This document shows positions 19,497-26,725 of a stretch of DNA of 31,495 bases, in pieces. A program made the translations under genes and the position numbers. The notes under the pieces are model-generated. The model was not told the origin of the DNA. It worked only from the letters and a program-made list of their open reading frames with translations, and searched no databases. The stretch's first letter is position 1; every line of letters begins with the position of its first letter. The DNA comes from a virus (lineage: Duplodnaviria > Heunggongvirae > Uroviricota > Caudoviricetes): IMG/VR virus record IMGVR_UViG_2778261428_000002; one strand, given 5' to 3'.

Positions 19497-20095
19497 TACT
19501 GCGGTCCTCCGGTATTGCTACCCCCGCGCTCCACGCCTGTATGCGTATGGGTATGGACGGTGACGCCGTTAGAGGTAAAGCTGCCGCCGCTGTGGGTGTA
19601 AGCGCCTTTAAGCGTGCCGCCTTTTTTAACCGACAGCGTGGCGGTTTCCAGATGCTGAGTGCAGACGACGAGCGGTGTATCCAGCGTGACGCGGGTGCTG
19701 GCTTCGACCAGTGCGGTTTTGATGCCGGTCGCTTTTAACGCGCTGGAGCGCGGATCGTATTCAATCACCGCACCATCGGGGTAAACGCTATGGTGAACCT
19801 GTTCATCCAGCAGCGGGGCGGGGCTGGCGTCAGAGTAAATGGCCGGAAGCGCCACGGCGGTGGTTAACTCTCCGCTTAAACAGAGCAGTAACACCTGCTC
19901 GCCTGTTGATGGCCGCCACCACGTCCGGGCATCATCGGCGCGTAGCGTCAGCCATGGTATCCAGTTGGTGGTCAGTTCACCAGTGTGAATGCGTACTCGA
20001 TCGCCCTTCACCTCTTCAACGGTGCCGGTACGGATCAGGTTCTCTATGCGCCGGTGCAGTTCGGCGAGGTTGGCTGGGTGGTTTGCGTCGCTCAT
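19496..20095 (-). CDS. V: Baseplate central spike/assembly protein V (gpV-like)
   Basis: Start set at ATG MSDANHPANLAEL; the ORF track start at 20125 is a TTG. C-terminal region resembles P2 V as I recall it (RVTLDTP.VVCT, KGGT). Confidence 0.85.
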   Translation of the reverse strand: MSDANHPANLAELHRRIENLIRTGTVEEVKGDRVRIHTGELTTNWIPWLTLRADDARTWWRPSTGEQVLLLCLSGELTTAVALPAIYSDASPAPLLDEQVHHSVYPDGAVIEYDPRSSALKATGIKTALVEASTRVTLDTPLVVCTQHLETATLSVKKGGTLKGAYTHSGGSFTSNGVTVHTHTHTGVERGGSNTGGPQ

Positions 20096-20139
20096 GCCGG
20101 AATCATTGGTATTCTGGCATGACAATGGTAGCTTTAACG

Positions 20140-20162
20140 CTTGTATTGTGGATTTTTACAAG
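20140..20162 (-). promoter_or_regulatory. Late-promoter dyad CTTGTAT-N10-TACAAG upstream of V
   Basis: 23-bp inverted repeat between the moron stop (20166) and the V start. Spacing to V is shorter than at the other three sites. Confidence 0.55.
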
Positions 20163-20165
20163 CGG

Positions 20166-20621
20166 TTAAATCCAGTGGATTTCGGTAACTTCAGGGTTCG
20201 CACAGCCTGTTTTAAGAGACACAAAAACGGCATATTTATAACCCAATTGTTCTTTAAACGCCTGCAGCTTGAGGAGGTCTTTTTCTCTGCCATTTCTTTG
20301 GTTGTTGGTCGATTTTTTCAGTTCGAACGCAATCAGGTTTTCATCGGTTCCTCGGTGGTGAACGATAATATCCGGGATAACATCACGTTCGCTTGCATTT
20401 CCGTTAGGTTCAACTGCGTAAATTAATCTTTTAACTGCATCCCCATTTCTATTGTATTCACAGTCTACATCCCATTCCGGGAAGTTATTTTCCAGATATC
20501 TACCCAAGCGGTTGGCGATAGCCCGTTCACTATTATCTGTAATCAGCAAATGAGCATCGTTACGCAAAAGTTCATTGATAGCGGCTCGCGTTGATTCTTC
20601 AACAGTATGTTGATTAGGCAT
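20166..20621 (-). CDS. Moron: hypothetical 151-aa protein with possible PD-(D/E)xK nuclease-like motif
   Basis: AT-rich ORF between S and V (P2 orf30 position). AAGGA RBS. Residues VIPDIIVHH...IAFELKK give a D-x19-ExK pattern. Confidence 0.65.
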   Translation of the reverse strand: MPNQHTVEESTRAAINELLRNDAHLLITDNSERAIANRLGRYLENNFPEWDVDCEYNRNGDAVKRLIYAVEPNGNASERDVIPDIIVHHRGTDENLIAFELKKSTNNQRNGREKDLLKLQAFKEQLGYKYAVFVSLKTGCANPEVTEIHWI

Positions 20622-20660
20622 GGCAGGTAGTAATCCTTTTGAATATGAGAAAGTTTGTTA

Positions 20661-21110
20661 TTACACCGCTAAATATTGCATGATAATAGATTGAATTTGT
20701 AAATAATCTTGCTGAGAAAATCCCAGCAACTGCCTTTGTGCGTAATCCACCTCCAACCCGTAGCGATTTACCCGATCGCGCAGGCCATACTGATGAACGG
20801 CGGCCATATGTCGAACGCTGCTGAGAAACGAAATGGTTGCTCCCTGCCCATCGCCTTTCCCTTTCATATAGCGTGCGGTACGCAGCTTACGGAACATCTG
20901 GCGGCGGATCTTTCCTTTTTTACTGCGTAGCTGAGGCTTACGGGGGGCGAACGGTGAGCCATCCGGGTTTTTCTGTGCGGTTATCCGCTGGCTTTGCGAC
21001 TGACGCAGGCTGTGGGCGATTTCCCGCGCCAGTTGGGTTCGGCTTGCCGGGGAGAGCTTTGCAAGCAGGCCATCGGCCCAGCGGTGGAGTTGTTGCAGGT
21101 CGTCGCTCAT
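20661..21110 (-). CDS. S: Tail completion protein S (gpS-like)
   Basis: 149 aa in conserved order. 3' end is AT-rich. Confidence 0.8.
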   Translation of the reverse strand: MSDDLQQLHRWADGLLAKLSPASRTQLAREIAHSLRQSQSQRITAQKNPDGSPFAPRKPQLRSKKGKIRRQMFRKLRTARYMKGKGDGQGATISFLSSVRHMAAVHQYGLRDRVNRYGLEVDYAQRQLLGFSQQDYLQIQSIIMQYLAV

Positions 21111-21568
21111 CAGGTACTCACTATCGTTTCACCGCGACAGGCGATTTCCCAGCCATTGTAACCGCTTTCTGGCTGCTGGTCGTTACAGTGCTTTGCTTCC
21201 AGCCCGCCGTCGCGCGGGCGCACAATGACGCGCTCGGTCAGCGCCAGCTTGATGCTGATATCGTAACTTTGGTGGTCGATGGCTTCGGCTTCAAACTGAA
21301 ATGCCTGCTGGCGCAGATCGCTGTTGGCGAAGGCTTCCTGCTGGTGAAGCGACATCCAGCCGACCAGCGGCACCATCAGCGTATCGGGATCGGCGGCGTA
21401 GTCGGTGATCAACAGTTCCAGCGTGTACTGGTATTCAAAACTGGTGCTGCGCCCTGCGGTGGCGACGATCCGGCCCTTATTGATAAAGACCCGCAGCGCG
21501 TCCGGGTTGTGTTGTAAGTGCGGGATACTGGCGGTCAGTAGTTCACGGATGAGCTGCGCTTTGTGCAT
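21110..21568 (-). CDS. R: Tail completion protein R (gpR-like)
   Basis: 152 aa, conserved position upstream of S. Confidence 0.8.
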   Translation of the reverse strand: MHKAQLIRELLTASIPHLQHNPDALRVFINKGRIVATAGRSTSFEYQYTLELLITDYAADPDTLMVPLVGWMSLHQQEAFANSDLRQQAFQFEAEAIDHQSYDISIKLALTERVIVRPRDGGLEAKHCNDQQPESGYNGWEIACRGETIVST

Positions 21569-21818
21569 CGATACGCTCCTGACAACTAATCGTCATATCC
21601 ACCTGCGCAGCGCACTGGTGCCACGCGTTTTCAGTTTCCAGCAGCGCGCGGCTTAAATCTTCATTACTCTGCGGTTGAAGCGCCGGAAGCTGGCAGGGGA
21701 TCAGCTTCGGGCAATTGGCGGTAAGCCGCACTGCCGGTAATGGTGGCGTGCTGGTGCAGGCGGATAATATCAGCGGGCAAAGCAGTATCAGCCCATTCAC
21801 GAAGCTGTTGATTTTCAC
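21543..21818 (-). CDS. lysC: Outer-membrane spanin lipoprotein (LysC/Rz1-like)
   Basis: 91 aa. Signal peptide with lipobox LSAC. Starts inside lysB in another frame, the usual spanin arrangement. Confidence 0.75.
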   Translation of the reverse strand: MKINSFVNGLILLCPLILSACTSTPPLPAVRLTANCPKLIPCQLPALQPQSNEDLSRALLETENAWHQCAAQVDMTISCQERIDAQSAAHP

Positions 21819-22113
21819 GTTTCAGTTTCTCCAGTTGCTGGTTGCGCTGCTTTAGCTGGTCATGGGCGGCGGCGGTTTGCTGTTGCAGCGTCAGGTATGC
21901 CTGCTGGTTGGCGTCGGCCTGTTGCTGGAGTTCGTCCAGTTCCTGCACCTTCGTCATCAGGGATTCGGTCAGGCTGGCAATCTCAGTGTCGGCCAGCCTG
22001 ATGCGCTGCTGTTGTTCAATAAGCTGTTCCTGCTGCGTCATACGCTGCCAGTTCGTCCAGAGCAGCATCACGACGAGCAACAGCAGTGGCGCGGTTTTCA
22101 TCCAGCTCATCAT
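21664..22113 (-). CDS. lysB: Inner-membrane spanin (LysB/Rz-like)
   Basis: 149 aa. N-terminal transmembrane segment followed by Gln/Glu-rich coiled coil. Confidence 0.75.
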   Translation of the reverse strand: MMSWMKTAPLLLLVVMLLWTNWQRMTQQEQLIEQQQRIRLADTEIASLTESLMTKVQELDELQQQADANQQAYLTLQQQTAAAHDQLKQRNQQLEKLKRENQQLREWADTALPADIIRLHQHATITGSAAYRQLPEADPLPASGASTAE

Positions 22114-22700
22114 GCTGCCGCCTGACTGAATTTTTCGAAGGCGACCGCCAGCTTCGTATCGTACTGGTTGCGTTTGTACTGCGGCCCGTTGTAGCGGCGG
22201 GCGAACTCTGGCCAGTTCTGCGCCTTTATTGCGTCGTGGATCTTTGGGTTGGCCTCAACGAAGCGCACGAAGGTGTCAAGCTGCATCTGCTCGCTGTCGT
22301 TCATCTGCTTTTCAAAGTCGGCGGCAGAGGCGTAGCCCAGCGCTTTCCAGTGAAAGCCCATAATCTGGAACAGTCCCCAGCTTGCGCTCTCAATAGCGGC
22401 GGCGCTGTGGATCTGTTTCGCCAGATTCAGGCGGTAGTGCTCACGGCTTCCGCCCTGATAGCCGCCTGCGCTCTTGTTCACCAAATCCGGGTAATTCTGC
22501 GCCAGCCGGTCGGCGTCCAGTCCGTGGCTTCTTAACTGGCGGTACATGATATGGCGTTCAAATAGAAGGGCCGGACGGCCATCGGGCAGGAAGCCGCGAG
22601 AACGGGCTTCAACCTCCTGCACCGCCTGTAACGCCGCCAGCGGGATACCCAGATACAACGCGGCGGCCTGCTGTTGATCATGGGTGAGTGTACGAGTCAT
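22110..22700 (-). CDS. Endolysin (putative muramidase-family lysozyme)
   Basis: 196 aa between the holin-like genes and spanins. WGLFQIMGFHW motif. Family assigned from memory. Confidence 0.7.
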   Translation of the reverse strand: MTRTLTHDQQQAAALYLGIPLAALQAVQEVEARSRGFLPDGRPALLFERHIMYRQLRSHGLDADRLAQNYPDLVNKSAGGYQGGSREHYRLNLAKQIHSAAAIESASWGLFQIMGFHWKALGYASAADFEKQMNDSEQMQLDTFVRFVEANPKIHDAIKAQNWPEFARRYNGPQYKRNQYDTKLAVAFEKFSQAAA

Positions 22701-22992
22701 GGCGTGGCTCCTTCGGGTGGTGACGTAAGGGTTTAATCAGACTGGCGACATTGCCGCGTGCAGCGCTCAGGCAAATCAGCAGCACGATGTTGATGGCGGT
22801 TTCGGCGATAAACACGTAGCGGTACAGGCTGAAACAAATCAGTACCGCTACCGATGCGGTGCAGCACATCAGCAGCCACGCCAGCCAGCTATACAGCGGG
22901 CGATAGGTGGTACCGTGAACGCGGCGATAGAGGAACAGACGGATGGTAATCAGCAGGCAAATAATGGCGTTAAGGCTCAGGATCAGTTTCAT
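22678..22992 (-). CDS. Small multi-pass membrane protein, putative holin/antiholin-like
   Basis: 104 aa with three hydrophobic segments, between holin and endolysin. Confidence 0.55.
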   Translation of the reverse strand: MKLILSLNAIICLLITIRLFLYRRVHGTTYRPLYSWLAWLLMCCTASVAVLICFSLYRYVFIAETAINIVLLICLSAARGNVASLIKPLRHHPKEPRHDSYTHP

Positions 22993-23378
22993 TTGCGTCC
23001 CCTTAAAAAGTCGAGCAATTGACCGGGGTTATCCAGTTGTCGGATGGCCCATAGCAGCGCCTTGACGGTCAGCGCCGATGAGAGCAGCGCCCCGATACCA
23101 GGGGAGACTTTTTCCATCAGATGCTGCGGCAGATATCCGGCGACCAGCGCGGTGAACAGGTCGGCGGTCAGCAGGCCGATCACAAACGCCACGCAGAAGA
23201 AAATGATGCGCAGGAACAGGCCGATCTCTTTTTGCGAAATCACCAGCAGCAGCGCGCCACACAATGCGCCTAGCACTACCGGAGCCTGTAGCGTCGGGAA
23301 CAGCGTGGCAATGGAGAATGCGCTTACGGAAGCGGCAACGACGGTGCCGGTTACGGGTTCGTTCATAGTCAGTCCCAC
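22989..23378 (-). CDS. Holin (gpY-like)
   Basis: 129 aa hydrophobic membrane protein immediately downstream of X. Confidence 0.65.
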   Translation of the reverse strand: MGLTMNEPVTGTVVAASVSAFSIATLFPTLQAPVVLGALCGALLLVISQKEIGLFLRIIFFCVAFVIGLLTADLFTALVAGYLPQHLMEKVSPGIGALLSSALTVKALLWAIRQLDNPGQLLDFLRGRK

Positions 23379-23572
23379 AGGTTGATTCGTTGACGCGTGG
23401 CGGCGGAAGCCTGTTCAGGTACGTTCACCGCCGTACCGTGCGGCAGGCGCAGCGGCAGTTCGCACAGGCGCGGGTTGTCGCGGTAAAGCCGTTCGACAAT
23501 CCCGGCAGTGCGCCCGAAGGTGCGCCAGCAGATCTGGTCGAGCGTTTCGTTTTGCAGGCTATAGACGATCAT
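23369..23572 (-). CDS. X: Tail protein X (gpX-like)
   Basis: Start moved to ATG MIVYSLQNETLDQICWRTFG, giving 67 aa. Resembles P2 gpX as I recall it. Confidence 0.8.
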   Translation of the reverse strand: MIVYSLQNETLDQICWRTFGRTAGIVERLYRDNPRLCELPLRLPHGTAVNVPEQASAATRQRINLWD

Positions 23573-23644
23573 GGCGTTTCCCACGCGGCGTCAGGTGATG
23601 CGGGGATGGTGGCACAGGGGCGGGAAGTGAAGGGAAGGCTTCCG

Positions 23645-23667
23645 CTTGTAACTGAGGGCAGTACAAG
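23645..23667 (-). promoter_or_regulatory. Late-promoter dyad CTTGTAA-N10-TACAAG upstream of X
   Basis: 23-bp inverted repeat, centre about 84 nt upstream of the X start, just downstream of the island's small minus-strand genes. Confidence 0.6.
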
Positions 23668-23685
23668 CGGGAGCGATTGGCGGGG

Positions 23686-24006
23686 TTATGCCTCGCCGGT
23701 GTCGGTGTTGATGATTTGCCGTTCTGCGGACTTCTGGATTTGGATCAGCGCCGGGATCAGCAGTGCACTGGCTAGCAGGCCGTGTCCTAACTGGCACAGG
23801 CTTTCCGGTGAGAACTCCAATACGTTGCTGTCGGCGAAGGATACGAAGGTTTTACCCAGAAAGTGCAGGCCGTGGCACAATCCGGCGCAGCACTCCTCGC
23901 TGCTGTTGGCCAGTTGCAGGGTGTCGTCTGCGTTGAGATTCGAAATATCCAGCTTGCGGATCACATCGGCCAGTTCGGAAGAAAGCAGGTTGGTTTCAGG
24001 CACCAT
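23686..24006 (-). CDS. Hypothetical 106-aa protein, second gene of a coupled pair
   Basis: ATG at 24006 with GGAGGTG RBS. Start overlaps the upstream gene's stop by 11 nt. Contains a Cys-rich stretch (EECCAGLCHGLH). Confidence 0.5.
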   Translation of the reverse strand: MVPETNLLSSELADVIRKLDISNLNADDTLQLANSSEECCAGLCHGLHFLGKTFVSFADSNVLEFSPESLCQLGHGLLASALLIPALIQIQKSAERQIINTDTGEA

Positions 24007-24202
24007 GGCGCACCTCCAGCGGCTTGCAGGAGACAAATACCAGCGGGAAACCCGCCAGCAGGTCGCGAGCCTCGATCTCTGTTGTTGCCAGTACGGACAC
24101 CAGACGCAATGGCTGGATCTCGCGCAGCAGGCGGTTGGAACGGGCGTTCAGGAAGGTGTAGAGCTTTGAATGTGCGCGTATGTTACTATTAGCGGTAGCC
24201 AT
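23996..24202 (-). CDS. Hypothetical 68-aa protein, first gene of a coupled pair
   Basis: ATG at 24202 with GAGG RBS. Divergent from the RHH/Doc operon. Confidence 0.5.
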   Translation of the reverse strand: MATANSNIRAHSKLYTFLNARSNRLLREIQPLRLVSVLATTEIEARDLLAGFPLVFVSCKPLEVRHGA

Positions 24203-24273
24203 AGCATTAGCCTCAATAATGTTGTGGTCAGAGGCCCGTTGGTGTTGGTAGCACCTGCGGGCTTCGTTGTTTT

Positions 24274-24293
24274 TGTATGACTGTTGTCATACA
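24274..24293. promoter_or_regulatory. Perfect 8-bp inverted repeat (TGTATGAC-tgtt-GTCATACA), candidate operator in a divergent promoter region
   Basis: Lies in the 134-bp gap between the 68-aa gene and the RHH gene. Followed by a possible sigma70 promoter TTGCTT-17-TATAGC. Confidence 0.5.
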
Positions 24294-24336
24294 CTTGCTT
24301 TACTAACTGTAGGAAAATATAGCAGGAGTATAGCAA

Positions 24337-24516
24337 GTGTCAACCATTTCTATTCAAGGCAAAGGCAGTAAGCAAATCGCGTTACGAGTAGATCCTGCTC
24401 TTGAGGCCGGAATTCAGCAGGCACTTAAAGCTGATGGTGATGCCTCTGTTTCCGCGTGGATTAAGCGAATTATCAGGAAAGAGCTTCAGTCACGAGGCAT
24501 TGAAACAAAAGATTAG
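24337..24516 (+). CDS. Ribbon-helix-helix (Arc/CopG-like) DNA-binding protein, GTG start
   Basis: 59 aa, not in the ORF track because it starts with GTG. AGGAG RBS 7 nt upstream. KQIALRVDPALEAGIQQALKADG...WIKRIIRKEL fits a strand-helix-helix pattern. Confidence 0.6.
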   Translation: MSTISIQGKGSKQIALRVDPALEAGIQQALKADGDASVSAWIKRIIRKELQSRGIETKD

Positions 24517-24562
24517 CAGATAGGTATATACTTTTAATAAAGAGTATTAGAGGTAAAAAATA

Positions 24563-24751
24563 ATGGCGAAGAATAGCAGTCCTGCCAGCCGATACGGTAT
24601 CAAGGTCGTAAAAAGAGACAGTATGAGTGGGCAGTTCGTACCCGTCGAAATGAAACTGGACGGCCCGGAAGGTGAGCGTGTGATTAAAAAGTCGGCAGAA
24701 CGTATTTATGCCAGACACAACAAAGTCATTAAGGCGCTGGCTAACCGATGA
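24563..24751 (+). CDS. Putative antitoxin partner of Doc (family not recognised)
   Basis: 62 aa with GAGGT RBS. Stop overlaps the doc start (ATGA). Confidence 0.55.
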   Translation: MAKNSSPASRYGIKVVKRDSMSGQFVPVEMKLDGPEGERVIKKSAERIYARHNKVIKALANR

Positions 24752-25125
24752 TTGATGCACATTTGGTGATTGGAATTCACGATTTTATTCTTGCTCATGA
24801 GCCGGGATTGGTTGGTTATCAGGATGCTGGCCGGGTCGAGGCAACACTGGCGCGGGTGGATAACCGTATTCTGTATGAGCAGATGAATGATATTTTCCAG
24901 ATCGCCGCATCTTATGCGGTTGCCATCGCCAGAGGGCACGTTTTTGCTGATGCCAACAAGCGAACGGCACTGGTGACGGCGTTGACATACCTTGATATGC
25001 AGGGTGTGAACCTCAAGCGAACACAAAAGCTGGAAGATATTATGGTGGATGTGGCTGAGGGAACGCTGAATCTGGATGATTTAGCCGATATTTTCTATAC
25101 CCTTAGTGATGTAAATGCTTCCTGA
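24748..25125 (+). CDS. doc: Doc (death-on-curing) / Fic-family toxin
   Basis: 125 aa. Fic/Doc active-site motif HVFADANKRT (HxFx(D/N)(A/G)NKR). Confidence 0.85.
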   Translation: MIDAHLVIGIHDFILAHEPGLVGYQDAGRVEATLARVDNRILYEQMNDIFQIAASYAVAIARGHVFADANKRTALVTALTYLDMQGVNLKRTQKLEDIMVDVAEGTLNLDDLADIFYTLSDVNAS

Positions 25126-25130
25126 CGTTA

Positions 25131-25155
25131 CAGCCCGACAGATCGGGCTGTTTTT
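25131..25155. terminator. Rho-independent terminator hairpin after doc
   Basis: CAGCCCGA-caga-TCGGGCTG followed by TTTTT. Lies between the convergent doc and 91-aa gene stops. Confidence 0.7.
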
Positions 25156-25157
25156 AA

Positions 25158-25394
25158 TTATGCCGCCTCAATACCCGCGCTGGTTAACATATAGTGGCCC
25201 CAGTGGGTTTTCTTCAGGTAACCGGCCAGTTCCATCTGCGTCACAATAAATTCAGCGTTAACCATTTCTATACCTGCGTAGTCGGCCAGATCGCTCAGCG
25301 GCCATGTGCTGCGAACGCCGACGCTAACTATGGTGTCTCTGATGCGGCGGGCGGTATCGGTCATTGGGCGGGTTCTGGCGGCCTGAATAGTCAT
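25158..25394 (-). CDS. Small hypothetical protein, possible winged-helix DNA-binding protein
   Basis: ORF track start (25433) is a GTG. I prefer the internal ATG (MTIQAAR) with AGGGGA RBS, giving about 78 aa. Fold call is a guess. Confidence 0.5.
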   Translation of the reverse strand: MTIQAARTRPMTDTARRIRDTIVSVGVRSTWPLSDLADYAGIEMVNAEFIVTQMELAGYLKKTHWGHYMLTSAGIEAA

Positions 25395-25509
25395 GGTATT
25401 TTCCCCTGTAGGTTCTTTCGTTGGGTCAGACACTAACTCTGGTGGGGAAGGGGCATCCAGCGTTCAGATGAGGCGATACGGTGATGCGCATCGCATATCC
25501 GTACTCTTT

Positions 25510-25977
25510 TTATACCAGAACAAACGTACTGCGCGGCTTGCCCAGAATATCCCGCACGGCGAAGCGGGCATCGCGCGCCAGATCGTCAGCGATGCTTTCC
25601 TTCTGTTCCGCCAGTTTGCTGCCGTGGGTGGTGGCATCAAAGTTACGATAGTGTTCCAACAGGTTCGCGTGCGTCAGGCTGTACACCGCGCGGCGGTAGC
25701 GGTGCTGGTTAACGCTTTCGCCGTCCAGCCGTTCGGTCGTGGTTTCCGCAATGTAAGTTGTGCCACGGTTTTCCTGTTCCAGCCGCCATTCCCGCAGGTC
25801 GTCGTTTACGCTGGCCAGCGCAATCAGCAGTGCCTCGCGCAGACGTTCGTTGGTAATGGTGCTGTCCAGCCGTTGGGTTGCACGCAGATGTTGCGTATCA
25901 ATATCGGGAAAGAAAGGGTGGTTGCTGATAACCAACCCCGGCAGACTGGCGGCGGGGGCAACCTGAATAAAGCTCAT
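25510..25977 (-). CDS. L: Head completion/stabilisation protein L (gpL-like)
   Basis: Start moved to ATG MSFIQVAPAASLPG (GGGAGA RBS). Conserved order after M. Confidence 0.8.
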   Translation of the reverse strand: MSFIQVAPAASLPGLVISNHPFFPDIDTQHLRATQRLDSTITNERLREALLIALASVNDDLREWRLEQENRGTTYIAETTTERLDGESVNQHRYRRAVYSLTHANLLEHYRNFDATTHGSKLAEQKESIADDLARDARFAVRDILGKPRSTFVLV

Positions 25978-26062
25978 TATATTCTCCCTGTTCGGCGGTG
26001 GACGGCGGGCGTTGCAGTGGTATAACCACGCGCGGCCAGCCGTGCCGCCGGTCGTGAGGGTC

Positions 26063-26725
26063 TCACTCTGTGGACTGGTCGGGCGGGTTATTGCGAATTT
26101 GCCGCTCCAGTTGCTCAATCAGCTTTTTCACGCCGACGTTCTCATCCAGTTGTAGTGCGCGCAGGAACTGCGCCAGCGCCTCCTGCGGCTGGCTTTCGCT
26201 TTGTGCCAGCCCCAATGCCTTGTGCAGGCGAGCGCGAACCTGATCCGGCATGTCCTGATCGGCTAACAGCCCGGCAAAGGCCAGCAGGCTGTCCAGCGCC
26301 GCAAAGGTACCGGCGGTAAGCTGTTTCAGGGCGGTGTCGGCGACTTCTTCAGCCACCATGCAGGCGGTCTGCCGCTGGTACTGATCCGGCGTTACCCAGC
26401 CGTGTTTCAGGGCGTGTTCCGCCATGGGGTAGGCAGCGGGAAAGTCGCCGGTATCCAGCGTCCAGAGCAGCACCGTCATAAACACATCGTCCTGCTGTTG
26501 GCTGTCGGCAGCCAGAACGCCGCTTACCCACGGCTGGTAATCGGGCAGCAGTTCACCCTTAACCTCGATTTTGCGTTCAATGGACTGGATCGCTTTCAAG
26601 CGGCGTTTATCGGTTGCCAGCTTTGCCAGCATTAGTTCATAGCCGTTGGCGTAGGTCTGGTTTTCCTGTTGATTTGCGGCCTGCGCCTGATGGCGCAGCA
26701 GGTGGCGGCGGGCAGGCGTCATCAT
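26063..26725 (-). CDS. M: Terminase small (endonuclease) subunit M (gpM-like)
   Basis: 220 aa. Resembles P2 gpM as I recall it (DDVFMTVLLWTLDTGDF, ENVGVKKLIEQLERQ). Confidence 0.85.
   Translation of the reverse strand: MMTPARRHLLRHQAQAANQQENQTYANGYELMLAKLATDKRRLKAIQSIERKIEVKGELLPDYQPWVSGVLAADSQQQDDVFMTVLLWTLDTGDFPAAYPMAEHALKHGWVTPDQYQRQTACMVAEEVADTALKQLTAGTFAALDSLLAFAGLLADQDMPDQVRARLHKALGLAQSESQPQEALAQFLRALQLDENVGVKKLIEQLERQIRNNPPDQSTE

Noticed and set aside
23390-24192. Plus-strand ORFs (259 and 109 aa) spanning X and the small minus-strand genes
   Set aside because: They overlap better-supported minus-strand genes and the late-promoter dyad, have no RBS, and are Arg/Ala-rich. GC-driven artefacts.
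23686-24202. Reading the 68-aa and 116-aa ORFs as one frameshifted gene
   Set aside because: An internal ATG at 24006 with a GGAGGTG RBS, and the short overlap, fit two coupled genes better. The frameshift reading cannot be excluded without homologues.
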